Shown here one piece after another: positions 39,883 through 51,490 of a DNA stretch of 64,000 nt. The stretch's first letter is position 1; the number at the start of each line of letters is the position of its first letter. This DNA is from a virus (Duplodnaviria > Caudoviricetes). Where the stretch lies: the IMG/VR virus record IMGVR_UViG_2846920067_000004, positions 983-64,982 of that record. One strand, given 5' to 3'. The notes under the pieces are model-generated. The model worked only from the letters and a program-made list of their open reading frames with translations, was not told where the DNA came from and did no database searches. The position numbers and the translations under genes are program-made.

Positions 39883-40216
39883 TTATCGGGATTTTTTTCA
39901 GCTGGCTGATTCCATGAAAAGTTCTGGCGTCGAGGCAGAGCTGAGGAATAGTGTAGGGCGTGCCTATTATAGTGCTTATCACCATGCCTTGGTGCTTGCT
40001 GAGAATAAGAATTTACCAGCCGTAAATGTTTCAACGGGTAGCCACGAGCAATTATCATTGCGATTCGAGCGGGCCGGGCTTAGGTCTGAAGCAATTATGC
40101 TACGGACAATGCATAGCCTTAGATGTAAAGCAGATTATAAATTGAACGATACTATCACCAAGAATGAAGCAATGGTTCAGTGTCAATCGGCAAAGCGATT
40201 TATTGAAAAAATATAA
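39872..40216 (+). CDS. HEPN-domain protein
   Basis: RNSVGRAYYSAYH, GSH, LRCKADY motifs. Confidence 0.8.
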   Translation: MSIDYRDFFQLADSMKSSGVEAELRNSVGRAYYSAYHHALVLAENKNLPAVNVSTGSHEQLSLRFERAGLRSEAIMLRTMHSLRCKADYKLNDTITKNEAMVQCQSAKRFIEKI

Positions 40217-40253
40217 ATCGAGAGTCACTGATAGTCCCGAAATATTGGGGGTA

Positions 40254-40556
40254 TTAATTGTATTCTTTTGATTTACTATTATTAATCCTCTCCCTGTACT
40301 CCCTCACCATCTCCTTCGTCACATCCTTCTCGTAACAGATGGGAGCCTCGCCACCGGGCCGGCTGTACGCGCTGCGGCGCCCACATGAGCTGCCATTGCG
40401 CGCGGTGTTGTACGGGCACGGGCAGTTGCCGTAGTAGGACTCGATGGACTCCTTGATGATCGCGCGCTTGATCCGCTGATCCGACATCGGCTTGGCGCTG
40501 GCCGAACCGGCGGCGAGTAAGAGGGCGGAGAGGGCGAGAGCGATTGGCCTGAGCAT
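40254..40556 (-). CDS. Secreted Cys-rich hypothetical protein
   Basis: Signal peptide; GNCPCPY..RNGSSCGRRSAYSRPGG..PICY. Confidence 0.8.
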   Translation of the reverse strand: MLRPIALALSALLLAAGSASAKPMSDQRIKRAIIKESIESYYGNCPCPYNTARNGSSCGRRSAYSRPGGEAPICYEKDVTKEMVREYRERINNSKSKEYN

Positions 40557-40654
40557 GTTGTTGTCCTGTTGAGCAAGGTTCCCAAGCTTTATGCTGGAGG
40601 GATGTTGTTGTCAATGTCATAATGGCGACTCCTTGACCCAACAGGACAATAAAG

Positions 40655-40821
40655 ATGAAAAAAGCTCTCTTGCTGATCGCAGCCCTGGCGCTTGCCGTTC
40701 CTGCTGTCTCCTTCGCCGGCAAGCACGGCGGCGGACATTACGCCGGTGCAAAGGCTCCTCGCACAAGGGTGGCCATTACAAGAACAAATCGACGAACGAT
40801 CACTACCGCAAGCGCCACTGA
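40655..40821 (+). CDS. Small secreted Gly/His/Lys-rich protein (frameshift)
   Basis: MKKALLLIAALALAVPAVSFAGKHGGGHY..KGSSHKGGHYKN. Confidence 0.65.
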
Positions 40822-40951
40822 GACGATCTAGTGAACATGAAAGGCCCCGCTTCGGCGGGGTTTTTATTCTCAAATAGCTCAGCACACTGGCTGTTGCGAA
40901 GTCCGAGGTTTAGCCCGACAATATCACATCAAAATAACTACTCTATCCACG

Positions 40952-41431
40952 ATGAACCATAGATTACTTGGCTTGCTCTTCACCTTGGCAATTACAGGCT
41001 GCGCAACTGGCCCAAACCCTGTTCAAATGTATCCAGGAGCGAAAAAGCCTTATAGCGAGATTGCACTAATCCAGCTTGACTGGATAACCTCTTTAAGAGA
41101 GGGTTCAGTCAATATGTTAACAGCCACGGTGGATGACAATATAGTCAAGCCTGAAGGATTTCAAGCCGCTCTTCAAACTGCAGTCTTGCCTGGGAGTCAT
41201 ACATTAGGTGTAAATTTGGTATGGACTACCGGTGGGATTACTGGCCCAGGCTGGCTGCATACTAAAAAATACAAATTAAATATAGATGCCAGTGCTGGCG
41301 ATTTGTACGCTGTGTGCTATTACCCTGGCGACATCTTGGCTGTAAAAAGAAAAGGGAAGATTGAGGACTTTCTTGAACAAGAAAAGTGGAATGAAGTGGT
41401 CGTCAATCCTTGCAAGAATCTTACCAACTAG
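40952..41431 (+). CDS. Lipoprotein (moron)
   Basis: Lipobox ITGC; low GC; terminator at ~41448-41470. Confidence 0.75.
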   Translation: MNHRLLGLLFTLAITGCATGPNPVQMYPGAKKPYSEIALIQLDWITSLREGSVNMLTATVDDNIVKPEGFQAALQTAVLPGSHTLGVNLVWTTGGITGPGWLHTKKYKLNIDASAGDLYAVCYYPGDILAVKRKGKIEDFLEQEKWNEVVVNPCKNLTN

Positions 41432-41589
41432 CTAGGACAGACATGCAAACCCCGCTTTGGCGGGGCTTTGTCATTTCCAAAACAGAACCGTAGGGTGCCT
41501 CAGTACTCTAATTCAGCAAGGGGAGATGCGGGCCGGCGACGGAGCCCTACCATGACCCAGGTGTTGGTGTGAAGAGCATAACTTCCTAG

Positions 41590-41778
41590 CGGCTAAAGTG
41601 CCGTGACCTTGTGCTGTGGCAGCAGATGCAGGAGCTCATCGCGCGCGAGGTTGAGTCGAAGGTGCGCGCCTCGATGGGGTCGCGGTTGATGCTCGAGTGG
41701 AAGCGCGATAAGCCGCGCCTAGAAACTGAGCGCCACCGGCTAGAAGGTGAGCTACAGCCGAGCCCGTTGCTGAACTGA
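41590..41778 (+). pseudogene. C-terminal remnant of a Rha/antirepressor-like gene
   Basis: LWQQMQELIAREVESKVRASMGSRLMLEWKRDKPRL...LQP with no matching N-terminus. Confidence 0.45.
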
Positions 41779-41793
41779 GGCGGCGCGCGTTGG

Positions 41794-42020
41794 CTATTCG
41801 ACACCTACTTTTGTTTTGCAGTGAGGACAGATTTTGGCTTCCTTTTTCATCCATTCTGCGCACGCTTTGCACTTCACCCTTCCACTGGATGCGAAGAACA
41901 TCAAGAACGCAAACGGACCAAGTAGCAGACCAGCTATTACACCACTCGCAACCCCGAATCCCGCTTTTGAGCAGCCGCAACACCAATCAACGAACCAAAT
42001 AGTATCCAGAAGATAAGCAT
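41794..42020 (-). CDS. Membrane protein with C-terminal zinc ribbon (frameshift)
   Basis: MLIFWILFGSLIGVAAAQKR...LLLGPFAFL...KCKACAEWMKKEAKICPHC. Confidence 0.7.
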
Positions 42021-42135
42021 GAGAACTCCTACCTTTCGATCACGAACACAACGATGGCGATGCCGATCACGGCCAGCACCGGCGCCAGCAGAGTCCACGC
42101 CACATTGGTCTGTCCCTGCCCCCGTGGACAGCGGG

Positions 42136-43003
42136 TTAAGCACTAAGCTCTGAACGACGGCGTTCGAACTCAACTGGGGTCAGATACCCCAGGGTCGAAT
42201 GACGGCGTTGGTGATTGTAAAAGCGGATGTAATCAAACACATCCGTACGCGCCTCCTCGTAGCTCCGGTAGTGGGTCAGATAAACACGTTCCGACTTCAA
42301 TGAACGGAAGAAGCTCTCCATCGCTGCATTATCCAACAGTTCCCGGTGCGGGAGTGGCTCGGTACCATTCCGTGCCGTTTCAGCAATGCCTGGTAGTCAA
42401 AGGCACAGTACTGACTCCCGCGGTCCGAATGCAGAATCACCTCTCCTGAAGGCTGGCGGCGCGCCACTGCCATCGTCAGGGCAGCATGCACCAGTTCTTG
42501 CTGCATTCGATGATGCATGGCCCAGCCCACTATCGCCCGGGAGTACAAGTCGAGCACCACCGCCAAGTACAGCCACCCTTCACCGGTCCGGATATAGGTC
42601 ATATCCGACACCCAGCGCTGATTGATGTCGCCACCAGCAGCAAATTGTCGCTGCAGCAGATTAGGCGCCACGGGTAGAAGGTGTTGACCACCACTGACGG
42701 TCGACAATGTTTACGAGTTCTAACCCTGATACCGTTTCGCCGCATCAGGCCCGCGATGCGATGCCGCCCGCAGGCGAAGCCCTGTGCAAGAAGTTCGGCA
42801 TGAATACGCCGATGGCCATAAATACCATTGACCTCGGCATGCACCAGCCGGATTTCACGTAGTAGTTGTCGGTTCGCCATCTCTCGTGCCGAAGGTGGGC
42901 GGTGTAGCCAAGCATAGTAGCCACTGCGGGACACACGAAACAGTTGGCACATCGGGGCTATCGGGTAGCGGTCCGACAGAGCCTGAATCGCGCGGAATTT
43001 CAC
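42136..43003 (-). CDS. IS3 transposase OrfB (DDE; two extra frameshifts)
   Basis: WVSDMTYI, HSDRGSQY, DNAAMESFF, YNHQRRHSTLGY. Confidence 0.9.
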
Positions 43004-43293
43004 TTCGTGGGTTGCGAGAAGATGGCGAGCGCCTTTTTTAGGACATCGCGCTCCATGGTAACGCGGGCCAGTTCATCCCGCAGTCGCTTGAGCTCGGCGG
43101 CTTCACCGGTCTGTTTGCCTCGGCCCGGGAAGGCATCTGGTCCTGCGTCTTGGAGCTGACGCTTCCACTTGCCCAGCAGTGACTCGGTAATGTCAAAGGC
43201 TTGGGCAACATGCCGTAACGGGGTGCCGGCAAGTACCTGCTCAACTGCTTCGCGCTTGAGGGCCTCTGGGAAAGTACGTCTGGTCTTGGTCAT
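43000..43293 (-). CDS. IS3 transposase OrfA
   Basis: HTH plus leucine zipper; A AAA AAG -1 slippery site at 43033-43039. Confidence 0.9.
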   Translation of the reverse strand: MTKTRRTFPEALKREAVEQVLAGTPLRHVAQAFDITESLLGKWKRQLQDAGPDAFPGRGKQTGEAAELKRLRDELARVTMERDVLKKALAIFSQPTK

Positions 43294-43578
43294 GAACACT
43301 GCTCCTTGGTGGGATTATCCACCTTAAGTTAGTGTCCATGGGGATCGGGACAGATCACATAGCCGAATTCGGCCTCTGGACCGAAGGCTGAGGCAGCAAA
43401 GACCGATACTAGCGCGCCTAAGAAGGTCAGCACAATGGCCAGCATGATCGCCCGCCTGTCGGAAGACCGCGACGTCCGCGGCATGGCTGCCCACATCCGG
43501 CAAATGCTGGGTGGTCTCCTCAACGACGCCGATGTCCTGCGCATGGACATCGAGAGCGGCTTGGCTGCGTAAGGGGGG

Positions 43579-44349
43579 ATGGTTATGGATAACCAACTGA
43601 ACATCGCGGGGATTGTCATTCGCCAAGACGCAGAGGGCCGCTACTGCCTGAACGATCTGCACAGGGCGGCCGGTGACTTGCCCAAACATGCTCCGGCGCT
43701 GTGGGAACGGCAAGCATCTGAACTTGTTGAGGAAATCCAAAAAGATACGAAATCGTATGTTTTGGCAAAGCTGCGCGGACGCAACGGAGGAACCTATGTC
43801 GCAAAAGAGCTGGTCTACGCCTACGCCATGTGGATCAGCCCAAGGTTTCATCTGGAAGTGATTCGAGCCTACGACCAGATCATGACCAAGGGCATCGCAA
43901 TGCGTACTGACGTTGCACAGGCCGCGATTGATAACCCTGCCGATTTCCTTGCCAGAGCAGTGCTGGTAGCGAACGACCAGCTCGCCATTCAAGCCAAGAA
44001 GATCCAATGCCTGGAAGAGGAAAGGGCGGAGCTGGCGCCTAAAGCAGCAGTCACGGATCGCATCGTCACAGCGGCTAGTGGCGCGATGAATGTCACTTTG
44101 GCAGCGAAGACGCTGCAAGTTCAGCCGAAAACCCTGTTTACATGGTTGTCTGCCAACCGCTGGATTTACCGACGCGCTGGTGGTAGCGCATGGGTTGCCT
44201 ATCAGGACAAGATTCAGCAGGGTCTTCTTCAGCACAAGGTCACAACTGTCGAGCGGCTTGATGGTAGCGAAAAGATAGTCGAGCAAGTCTTGGTGACGGC
44301 GAAAGGGCTGGCCAAGCTGGCCGGTGAGATCGGGCCGATCTATGCGTAG
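43579..44349 (+). CDS. Phage antirepressor (KilA-N plus KilAC/ANT domain)
   Basis: IRQDAEGRYCLNDLHRAAG...GGTYV..YAMWISPRF; LAPKA...QVLVTAKGLAKL. Confidence 0.9.
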   Translation: MVMDNQLNIAGIVIRQDAEGRYCLNDLHRAAGDLPKHAPALWERQASELVEEIQKDTKSYVLAKLRGRNGGTYVAKELVYAYAMWISPRFHLEVIRAYDQIMTKGIAMRTDVAQAAIDNPADFLARAVLVANDQLAIQAKKIQCLEEERAELAPKAAVTDRIVTAASGAMNVTLAAKTLQVQPKTLFTWLSANRWIYRRAGGSAWVAYQDKIQQGLLQHKVTTVERLDGSEKIVEQVLVTAKGLAKLAGEIGPIYA

Positions 44350-44416
44350 GTATTTGTAAAAGGTCGTTGTCATGGCGATCTGCCTTCGACAATGCTAACC
44401 TCCCATCTTCAACAGG

Positions 44417-45177
44417 ATGGGAGGCCCGCTTGTGTCTGCTAAAAATATTTTCACTGTAACGATAACCGGGTTTTTACTATCAGCATGCAACCAAGTGGTT
44501 GATGAATACAGTCTTAAAAAGAACACTAAGCAAATTGAGAAGCCAGAACCATCGCCAACAAAGGCGGATTGGGATGGTGCTCTTAAAAAGTTAATTCCTG
44601 AGGAGAAAGTGTCGCAGGAAGGAAATGGAACTTATTCGTTTGCATCATACCCTTTGCCTAAAAATAACCTTAAAGGCACTGCCTTGCTCGGCTCAAGGGA
44701 TGAATTCAGAAAAATTAGGCACTACAGAACATCCCTTGGGTACTCTGATTACCCTCGTGGTGCTGATGTAAATTTCTATATTGCATTGGTTGATTATGGG
44801 CAGCCGGAATTTTTCGTTAAGCCAGTTTATAAGGGTGATTCGTGGCTGTTTTTTGATAGAGTTCAATTTCTTGCTGATGGCGTAGTAGTGATTGATAAAA
44901 AGTTCAAGCATGATGAGTTGAGTAGGGATTATGGCTCAGGCTGGGTTTATGAAAGTGCAGACTTTATTGCGGGTGGTGATGATATCGCTGCTCTGAGAGT
45001 TTTTGCCAAATCAAAAATACTGCAATTAGGTTGAGTGGAGATAAAAGATATGCCTCGGTCAGTAAGAAGAGTATTGACTCAATAAAAGAATACGGAATAT
45101 CGGAGACGCTAGTTTTTTATGATCTCATGGCTGAGGGGTTGAAGGGGAAAATTCCCAAGGAAAAGCCTGCAACATAG
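44417..45177 (+). CDS. Low-GC lipoprotein moron (frameshift near 3' end)
   Basis: Lipobox LSAC; YKGDSWLFFDRV motif. Confidence 0.65.
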
Positions 45178-45274
45178 ATATCTCGGTAGATACTGAAGTA
45201 TCAGATAGTTATGCAATAGAGGTGCAGTGGAAGTACCACTGCCAATAAAAATAATGAATACATGTTGAAGCCAC

Positions 45275-45300
45275 AAACCCGCCCTAGGCGGGTTTTTTTA
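45275..45300 (+). terminator. Intrinsic terminator
   Basis: AAACCCGCCCTAGGCGGGTTTTTT. Confidence 0.8.
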
Positions 45301-45313
45301 TTGGAGCTGCAAA

Positions 45314-48300
45314 ATGGACGTAGCAACCCTTGTTCTTCACGTTGACGCAACACGGCTTCATGACGGGGAGCGCGCGCTCGACAGCTTCCAGCAAAAGGGG
45401 GAGCGTGTGGAACGCTCCATTCTCAGCTTTGCGGACTCTGCGACAAAGAGCTTTTCTCAGGCCAGATCCGCCGCGCTGTCTATGGTCACCGCCTACGCCA
45501 GCATCAACTCCGCAACGGAGCTGATTCGCTTGGCGGATGCGTGGACGATGATTTCAGCACGTCTGGAGGTGGTGACCGGCTCGACTCGCCGCGCCATTGC
45601 TGCGCAACGCGAGCTATTCGAGATGTCTCAACGGACGCAGACGGATCTCCAGTCAAATGCGGCGATGTTTGCCCGAACAAGTCAGTCCATGTCCGAAATG
45701 GGCAAGAGCTACTTGGACACGGTCAAGTTGACCCAGGCAGTGGGTCAGGGCTTGGCGATTGGCGGCGCCAGTACTCAAGAATCCTCTGCCACCATGCTTC
45801 AGCTTTCCCAGGCGCTGGGATCGGGCGTGCTGCAGGGCGATGAATTCCGCTCGCTGATGGAGAACGCCCCGTACCTGATGCAGAAGCTGGCCGATGCCAT
45901 AGGCGTCCCGAAGGGGAGCTGAAGAAGCTGTCCAGCGAAGGGAAGTTAACCTCTGAAGTCGTCGCCAACGCACTGCTGAAGGCATCTGATCAGATATCCA
46001 AGGATGCCGAAAAGATTCCGCAAACTGCATCTCGCGGTATGCAGTACTTGACCAATTCCTTCGGCAAATTCATCGATGAGCAAAACCGAGCAACAGGTGC
46101 ATCGGCAGCTCTCGGCAGCGCCGCAAAGCAGCTTGCAGATAACCTAGATCAAGTGGTGACTGCCGGCGAGCTCGTGGCCACGGTCATTGGCGTGAAGTAC
46201 GCGTCAGGGCCGCTGTAGCGGCCCAGGCGAGTGTTGATCGTTTCTTGGCATCAGTGCAGTCTGCCAGAGGCGACACTGAGGCAGGCCAGGCTGCACTGAG
46301 GCGCGCTCAGGCTGAGAAAACCGCGGCGATGTTTCAGCTGGATGCGGCGAGGGCCGGAAAGGAAAAGGCATCTTCCAGCTTGGCGTCCGCAGCAGCAGAT
46401 CGGGAGCGCATAGCGCTGATGGCCTCGCTGACTGCTGGCGAGGCTCGCCAGGTTGAGCAGTCCGGCGCGTTGGCGGTAGCCAAGGCAAAGTTGGCGGCAG
46501 CAGAGGAGGCCGCCAACCTGGCCTCGAGAGAGCACTCTGCTGCAGAGGTTGCAAGGCAGGGCGAGCTGATAAAAACCACGGCATCCTTTGAAAGGCTGGC
46601 GCGCGCTGAGGCTGCAGTGGCTTCTACGTCTGCCGAGGTCGCTGCGGCAAGTCAGGCGGTGGTTGTAGAGCAGCAGCGCTTGGCAGAGGCAAACGGGCGG
46701 GCCGCCGCGATGGCAAATGCCCTGACGATGGCTGATGAGCGTTTGGCGAAGGCTGAGCTTACTGCTGCCGAGGCTGCAGGTGTCCAGACTGCTGCCGCCG
46801 GTCGCGCAGCGGAGGCGGCTGCCGCGGAGACGGTCGCGACAAACACGCTGGCAGTTGCCAAAGATCGGGCAAGCATTTCGGCGCGGCGATGGCTGCCGCA
46901 ACCAGCCTGGCGAATGGCGCCATTGCGCTGGTGGGCGGTGGGTGGGGTGTCGCGTTCCTGGCTATCGGAACGCTGATCTATTACTGGGACGATCTTGCCG
47001 CAGCTGCGGGTAACGCAGCGGCTCAAAATGAACTTGCAAGCAAGCGCATATCGAAAGCCCAGGCGAATGGTGATACGAAAGGGCTGCGAGAAGAGCTCAA
47101 ACTGGCTGAGGAGCATCTGGCGAAGATGGATGCGATCCGGAAGTCTGGAAAAGTTATGGTAAAGGGCATCCCTGGAAAGATCGAGGACTATCAGGTAAAT
47201 GCCGATCCAGCTGAAGCGGCCAAGAACTACGATGACGCCTTGGCCCGCAGAAACGACGCAAAGAAGGCGTATCAGGTTGCACTCGTAAATCAGGCAAAAA
47301 ATGCTTTAGACCCTTGGTATGAGGAGGATGGCGAAGGGGGGATGAATTGGAGGCGTAGCCAAGGTAGTAAAAACGCATTAAGCAAATTCCTCGGAGATGA
47401 AACATTCGCATCCAGAGCCGAGAAAAAGGCTATTGCGCTGGGCAAAGAGCAGCAAGCCTATGATCGCGCTTTAGCTCAAGCGAAAACCACGGAGGACAAA
47501 GCTAAAGCCCTGGCAAAGCATCAGGCCAACATCGCTCAAATCGAGATAATGTATAAAGAGCGCGGGGAAGGAAAGCATCCCAGGGGCGGGTTGTCGCGCG
47601 GAGAGAGCGGCATTGCGGGCCTGGAGGCTGATATCCGCAGTCTATCGCAGATGATCGACCAGTACAGCCAGCTGGGTAGCGCCGCGCAGAAGCTGACGGA
47701 TGGCGAGAAGCAACTGAATAAGCTGCGCGCGCAGCGCGTAGAGCTCGCCAACAAATCGAAGGCCGGTCTGACGGAAAAGGGTCTCGCAGACCGAGGCAAG
47801 GAGCTGGCCGACCTCGACAAGCAGATCCAGCTGGCACAAAAGAAAGTCAGCCTGGAGAAGTCAGTCCGCGGATTGGAAAACTACTACTCCGACATGGAGA
47901 AGTCGCAATCCGGCATCCGCGCAGCAGACGCTTACCTGAAGCGGTTGGATCAGATCGGCATCAAGGTTGAAAAGCTGACCGAGGCCGAGAAAGACCTGCT
48001 CGATTTGCGTGCCGAGCGCGAGACGTTGAAGTCTGCTCCTGAGCCGGCGGATATGGATGAAGTCAGCGCCAGGCGAAAGCGGATAGAAGCCCTTGGCAGC
48101 CAGATCGACTACAAGCAGAAGCAGGTTGATTTGGAAGCCGCAGGAAAGCGTGGGCTTACTGTGCGTCTGGAAACTGAGGAAATCCAGCGTCAGATAGCGG
48201 TTATGGGCCTGGGCACGACTGCCCGCGAGCGTTACCTCTATTCGCAAAGCCTTGAGAAAAAGGGGGTAGAGGCACTTTCTGCAGAGTATGAGCAGCTGAT

Positions 48301-49038
48301 GGCGCTGTATGACGAGCAAGTCGTCAAGAGCCGCGACTTCGTGACCGGCTGGGATGCAGCCATGGCCGACTATCTCGACTCCACGTCCAACAACGCCAGG
48401 GCCGCCGGCGCGATCTTCAACACAATGACCTCCAGCATGGAAGCGGGCCTCGTGCAGTTCTTCGAGACCGGCAAGCTGGGTTGGAAAGAGTTCTCGATCA
48501 GCGTGCTGCGTGAGATCAACAAGATCATGGCGGCGAAGGCTGCTGCGGGACTGTTGAGCTCTGCGGGAGGCTGGTTCTCATCTGGTGCCGGCGGCTTGAT
48601 GAACTTCGCGGCCGGGATGATTGGCGGCGGAGCAACGCAGGCCGCGGCGCCGATTGTTGATGGCACCATAGGCCCCGGCCGCGCATTCGGCGGCCCCGTC
48701 TACCCCAATACCCTACACCCGGTGAACGAGCGCGGCATGCCTGAGTTGCTGATGTACGGAGGGAACCAGTTCCTGATGATGCCGGGGCAGGGCGGGCACG
48801 TGACGCCGCTGATGCCGGCGACTGGTGGAAGTGGCCGGCCGGCGGAAGGGGGCGTGACGATCGAGCAAACCAACATCTTCAATGGCGACAAGCAGGAAAG
48901 CCAAAGCGGAAATGGGGCGGCATCGTTCGAGCGAATGATGGCCGGCCTGGTTCAGCCATGCGCGCGGTTGCGAAGCAGGTGATTCAAGCTGAAATGCGCC
49001 CTGGTGGGGATATTTACAGGGGGATGGGACGAGGTTGA
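45314..49038 (+). CDS. Tail tape measure protein (several frameshifts)
   Basis: QLSQALGSGVLQGDEFRSLMENAP domain; Ala-rich helices; lambda-type C-terminus (GW..AMADY, RAFGGPV, VNERGMPE). Confidence 0.92.
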
Positions 49039-49051
49039 TGACGGAGATTTA

Positions 49052-49395
49052 ATGGCAGAAACATTCACCTGGCGGCCGGCCTTTGGCGCAAGCGCGAGCG
49101 TCCACCCGGCCGTGACAACTTCGCGCTTCGGCGATGGCTATGCCAGCGTGTTCCGAGCGGGATCAACACCATGCCGGTGAAGCTCTCACTTTCCTTCAAC
49201 AACCTTTCAAGGGCATCTGCGGATGCCCTTGAGTCGTTTTTGGCCAGGCATGGTGGAGTGCGCTGGTTCTGGTATGCACACGCCGGCCGGTCGGCGGCCA
49301 AGTTCATCTGCAGCGAATGGCAGCGAACCAACCTGGATCGAGATGCAGATTCCATCACTTGCAGCTTTGAACAGGTATTTGATATAGGCAATTGA
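49052..49395 (+). CDS. Minor tail protein gpM-like (frameshifted)
   Basis: MAETFTWRP...FGDGY...GIN...FLARHGGVRWF...FEQVF. Confidence 0.85.
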
Positions 49396-49396
49396 G

Positions 49397-50093
49397 ATGC
49401 AGATCGAAAAGGATGTCCAAGGCTTCACCCTTGATGCAAGGGTGGAGCTTTTTCAATTGGCCCCGCCGCCGGGCACCCAATATCCGGTGCAGTACTTCAC
49501 GCCGGCCGGCACGGACGCCAATACCAACCCGATCAGCTTCATGGGTCAGCAGTATCAGCCCTGGGCAATCCAGGCCGAGGGATTTGAAAAGTCTGTCCAG
49601 GGCAGCGCGCCGCGGCCCATACTGTCCATCGCGAACGCGGTGATGGGCGCCAATGGCCCTATCTACGGCATCTTCACGCAACTGGTACGCCAGTTCAAAG
49701 GCTTGGCGGTTGGAAGGTGACGCGCATGGTCACATACGCCAAGTTCCTGGACGGCGGCGCACTGTCGAATTCGCCCGAGTTCCACCAGCAGGAAATTTGG
49801 TTCGTGAACCGGCGCACGCAGGATGATGGCACGGTACTGCAGTTTGAGCTGGTGAGCGCGCTGGATCTGGAGGCAAGACGGTTCCGAATACCATGGCGAG
49901 CGTCTACTGCCCGGCTCAGACGCAGTACCGGAGCGCGGCGTGCGGCTATGCCGGCGTGGCCATGTTCGACGTCGACGGCAAGCCGACGAGCGATCCCAAC
50001 AAGGATGCGTGCGGCAAGCGTTACAGCGACTGCCAGTGCCGAGGGAATCAGACGAACTACCCGGGTCTGCTCGGTTTGCGGCGCTACGGCTGA
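49397..50093 (+). CDS. Minor tail protein gpL-like (frameshifted)
   Basis: YQPWAIQAEGFE, TYAKFLD, FELVSALDLE, C-terminal Cys cluster. Confidence 0.88.
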
Positions 50094-50147
50094 GCAATCC
50101 CACCCGATAAACAACCCGCCTCGGCGGGTTTCTTCGCTTCTGGAGCC

Positions 50148-50834
50148 GTGATGATCAACGAAATGCTTCACCTGGCAGAGCTGGCTCATCCGCAGGAGGC
50201 GTGCGGCGTGCTGCTGGGCACCGGACGCGTCTATCCGTGCCGGAACATCGCCAGCAACCCGCGCGCGCAGTTCGAGCTCGACCCGGTGGACTATGCCGCC
50301 GCGGAGCGGCTGGGCCGGGTCGTCGGTATCTGGCACAGCCACCCCGACGACACCGCCGAGCCATCTATGGTGGATCGTGTGATGTGCGAGCGGACCGGAC
50401 TGCCCTGGCACATCGTCAGTTGGCCGAACGGTGAGCACACGCTGACCGAGCCCGATGGCTGGCAGGCTCCATACGAAGGCCGGCCTTTCTGCTGGGGAAT
50501 GTTCGACTGCTTCAGCCTGGCTCAGGACTGGCATCGGCGCGAGACCGGCATCCTGCTGCCGCGCGCTGCGGCGCGTGAGGACTTCTGGCGACACGGCGAG
50601 AATCCTTTTGCAGCCTGGCTGGCTTCGGCGCCGGCCGACGTCGTGACCGACGAGATCCAGCGCGGCGACCTGATTTTCATGATGTGCGAGGCCGACGTGA
50701 TCAACCACGTTGCCGTCTATGTCGGCGACAGCCGAATCCTTCATCAGCTCTACAACCAGCCCAGCCAGGTCAGCATATACGGCGGATGGTGGCAGCGCTG
50801 CACCGTAACCGTTGTGAGGCCGCGCCATGAGTGA
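50148..50834 (+). CDS. Tail tip assembly protein gpK-like (JAB plus NlpC/P60)
   Basis: PQEACG, WHSHP, PS..D, DCFSL, NHVAVY. Confidence 0.92.
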   Translation: MMINEMLHLAELAHPQEACGVLLGTGRVYPCRNIASNPRAQFELDPVDYAAAERLGRVVGIWHSHPDDTAEPSMVDRVMCERTGLPWHIVSWPNGEHTLTEPDGWQAPYEGRPFCWGMFDCFSLAQDWHRRETGILLPRAAAREDFWRHGENPFAAWLASAPADVVTDEIQRGDLIFMMCEADVINHVAVYVGDSRILHQLYNQPSQVSIYGGWWQRCTVTVVRPRHE

Positions 50835-51456
50835 AAAAAGAACCGTCCGTCTGGGCGGAGAGCTGGGCGAGAAGTTCGTGAAGGAATTTGCCGCCTATGT
50901 CGACAGCGTCGGAGAGGCCGTGCGGATGCTGGAGGCTAACTGGCCGGGCGTTATGCAACACCTGCGCGACAGTGACCCGGATAAGATCGGCTACCGCGTC
51001 ACCGTGGCCGGCCGCGACGTCGACGAGGACGAGATCGTGCTGGTGAGCAAGGGCGACATTCTCATCATGCCTGTGATCGTGGGCGCCAGTGCCGGCACTC
51101 GTTTTCTCGCCGGCGCCGCATTGGTGGCCTTGGCTGTCGTGGGCTCCATCGCCATGCCATGGGCCTCGCCCTTCTTGAGCGAGGGGTTGCCAGCTTGATG
51201 ATGAATGTAGGGGCGGGTTTGATGGTAGGTGCTGCTGTCGAGCTACTAACCCCCATCCCCAAGCAGCCCGACTGGCAGGCCAAGGACGGCAAGCCGAACT
51301 ACTGGTTCAACGGCGCGCAGCAGACCAGCGCTCAGGGCCTGCCGATCCCGATCGGCACCGGCACCATGCTGATAGGCGGCACGGTGATTTCCGCCGGCGT
51401 CAGCGTCGAGGACATCGGCACCGGATCGCTACCCACCAATTCCCCGTACTCGTATA
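50827..51456 (+). CDS. Tail tip assembly protein gpI-like (frameshifted; 3' end approximate)
   Basis: TVRLGGELGEKF...NYWFNG.QQTSAQGLPIPI..G...VISAG. Confidence 0.85.
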
Positions 51457-51490
51457 GCCGCCGCACGCGGGCATTCTTTTTGGAGTATCC

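Larger units (their letters stand above)
42106..43357 (-). mobile_element. IS3-family insertion sequence (1252 bp)
   Basis: TG...CA ends; imperfect IRs TGGTCTGTCCCTGCCCCCGTGGACA / TGATCTGTCCCGATCCCCATGGACA; CAT 3-bp target duplication. Confidence 0.95.
42029..43445 (-). pseudogene. Small membrane-protein gene interrupted by IS3
   Basis: Removing the IS and one CAT restores MLAIVLTFLGALVSVFAASAFGPEAEFGYVAWTLLAPVLAVIGIAIVVFVIER*. Confidence 0.7.
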
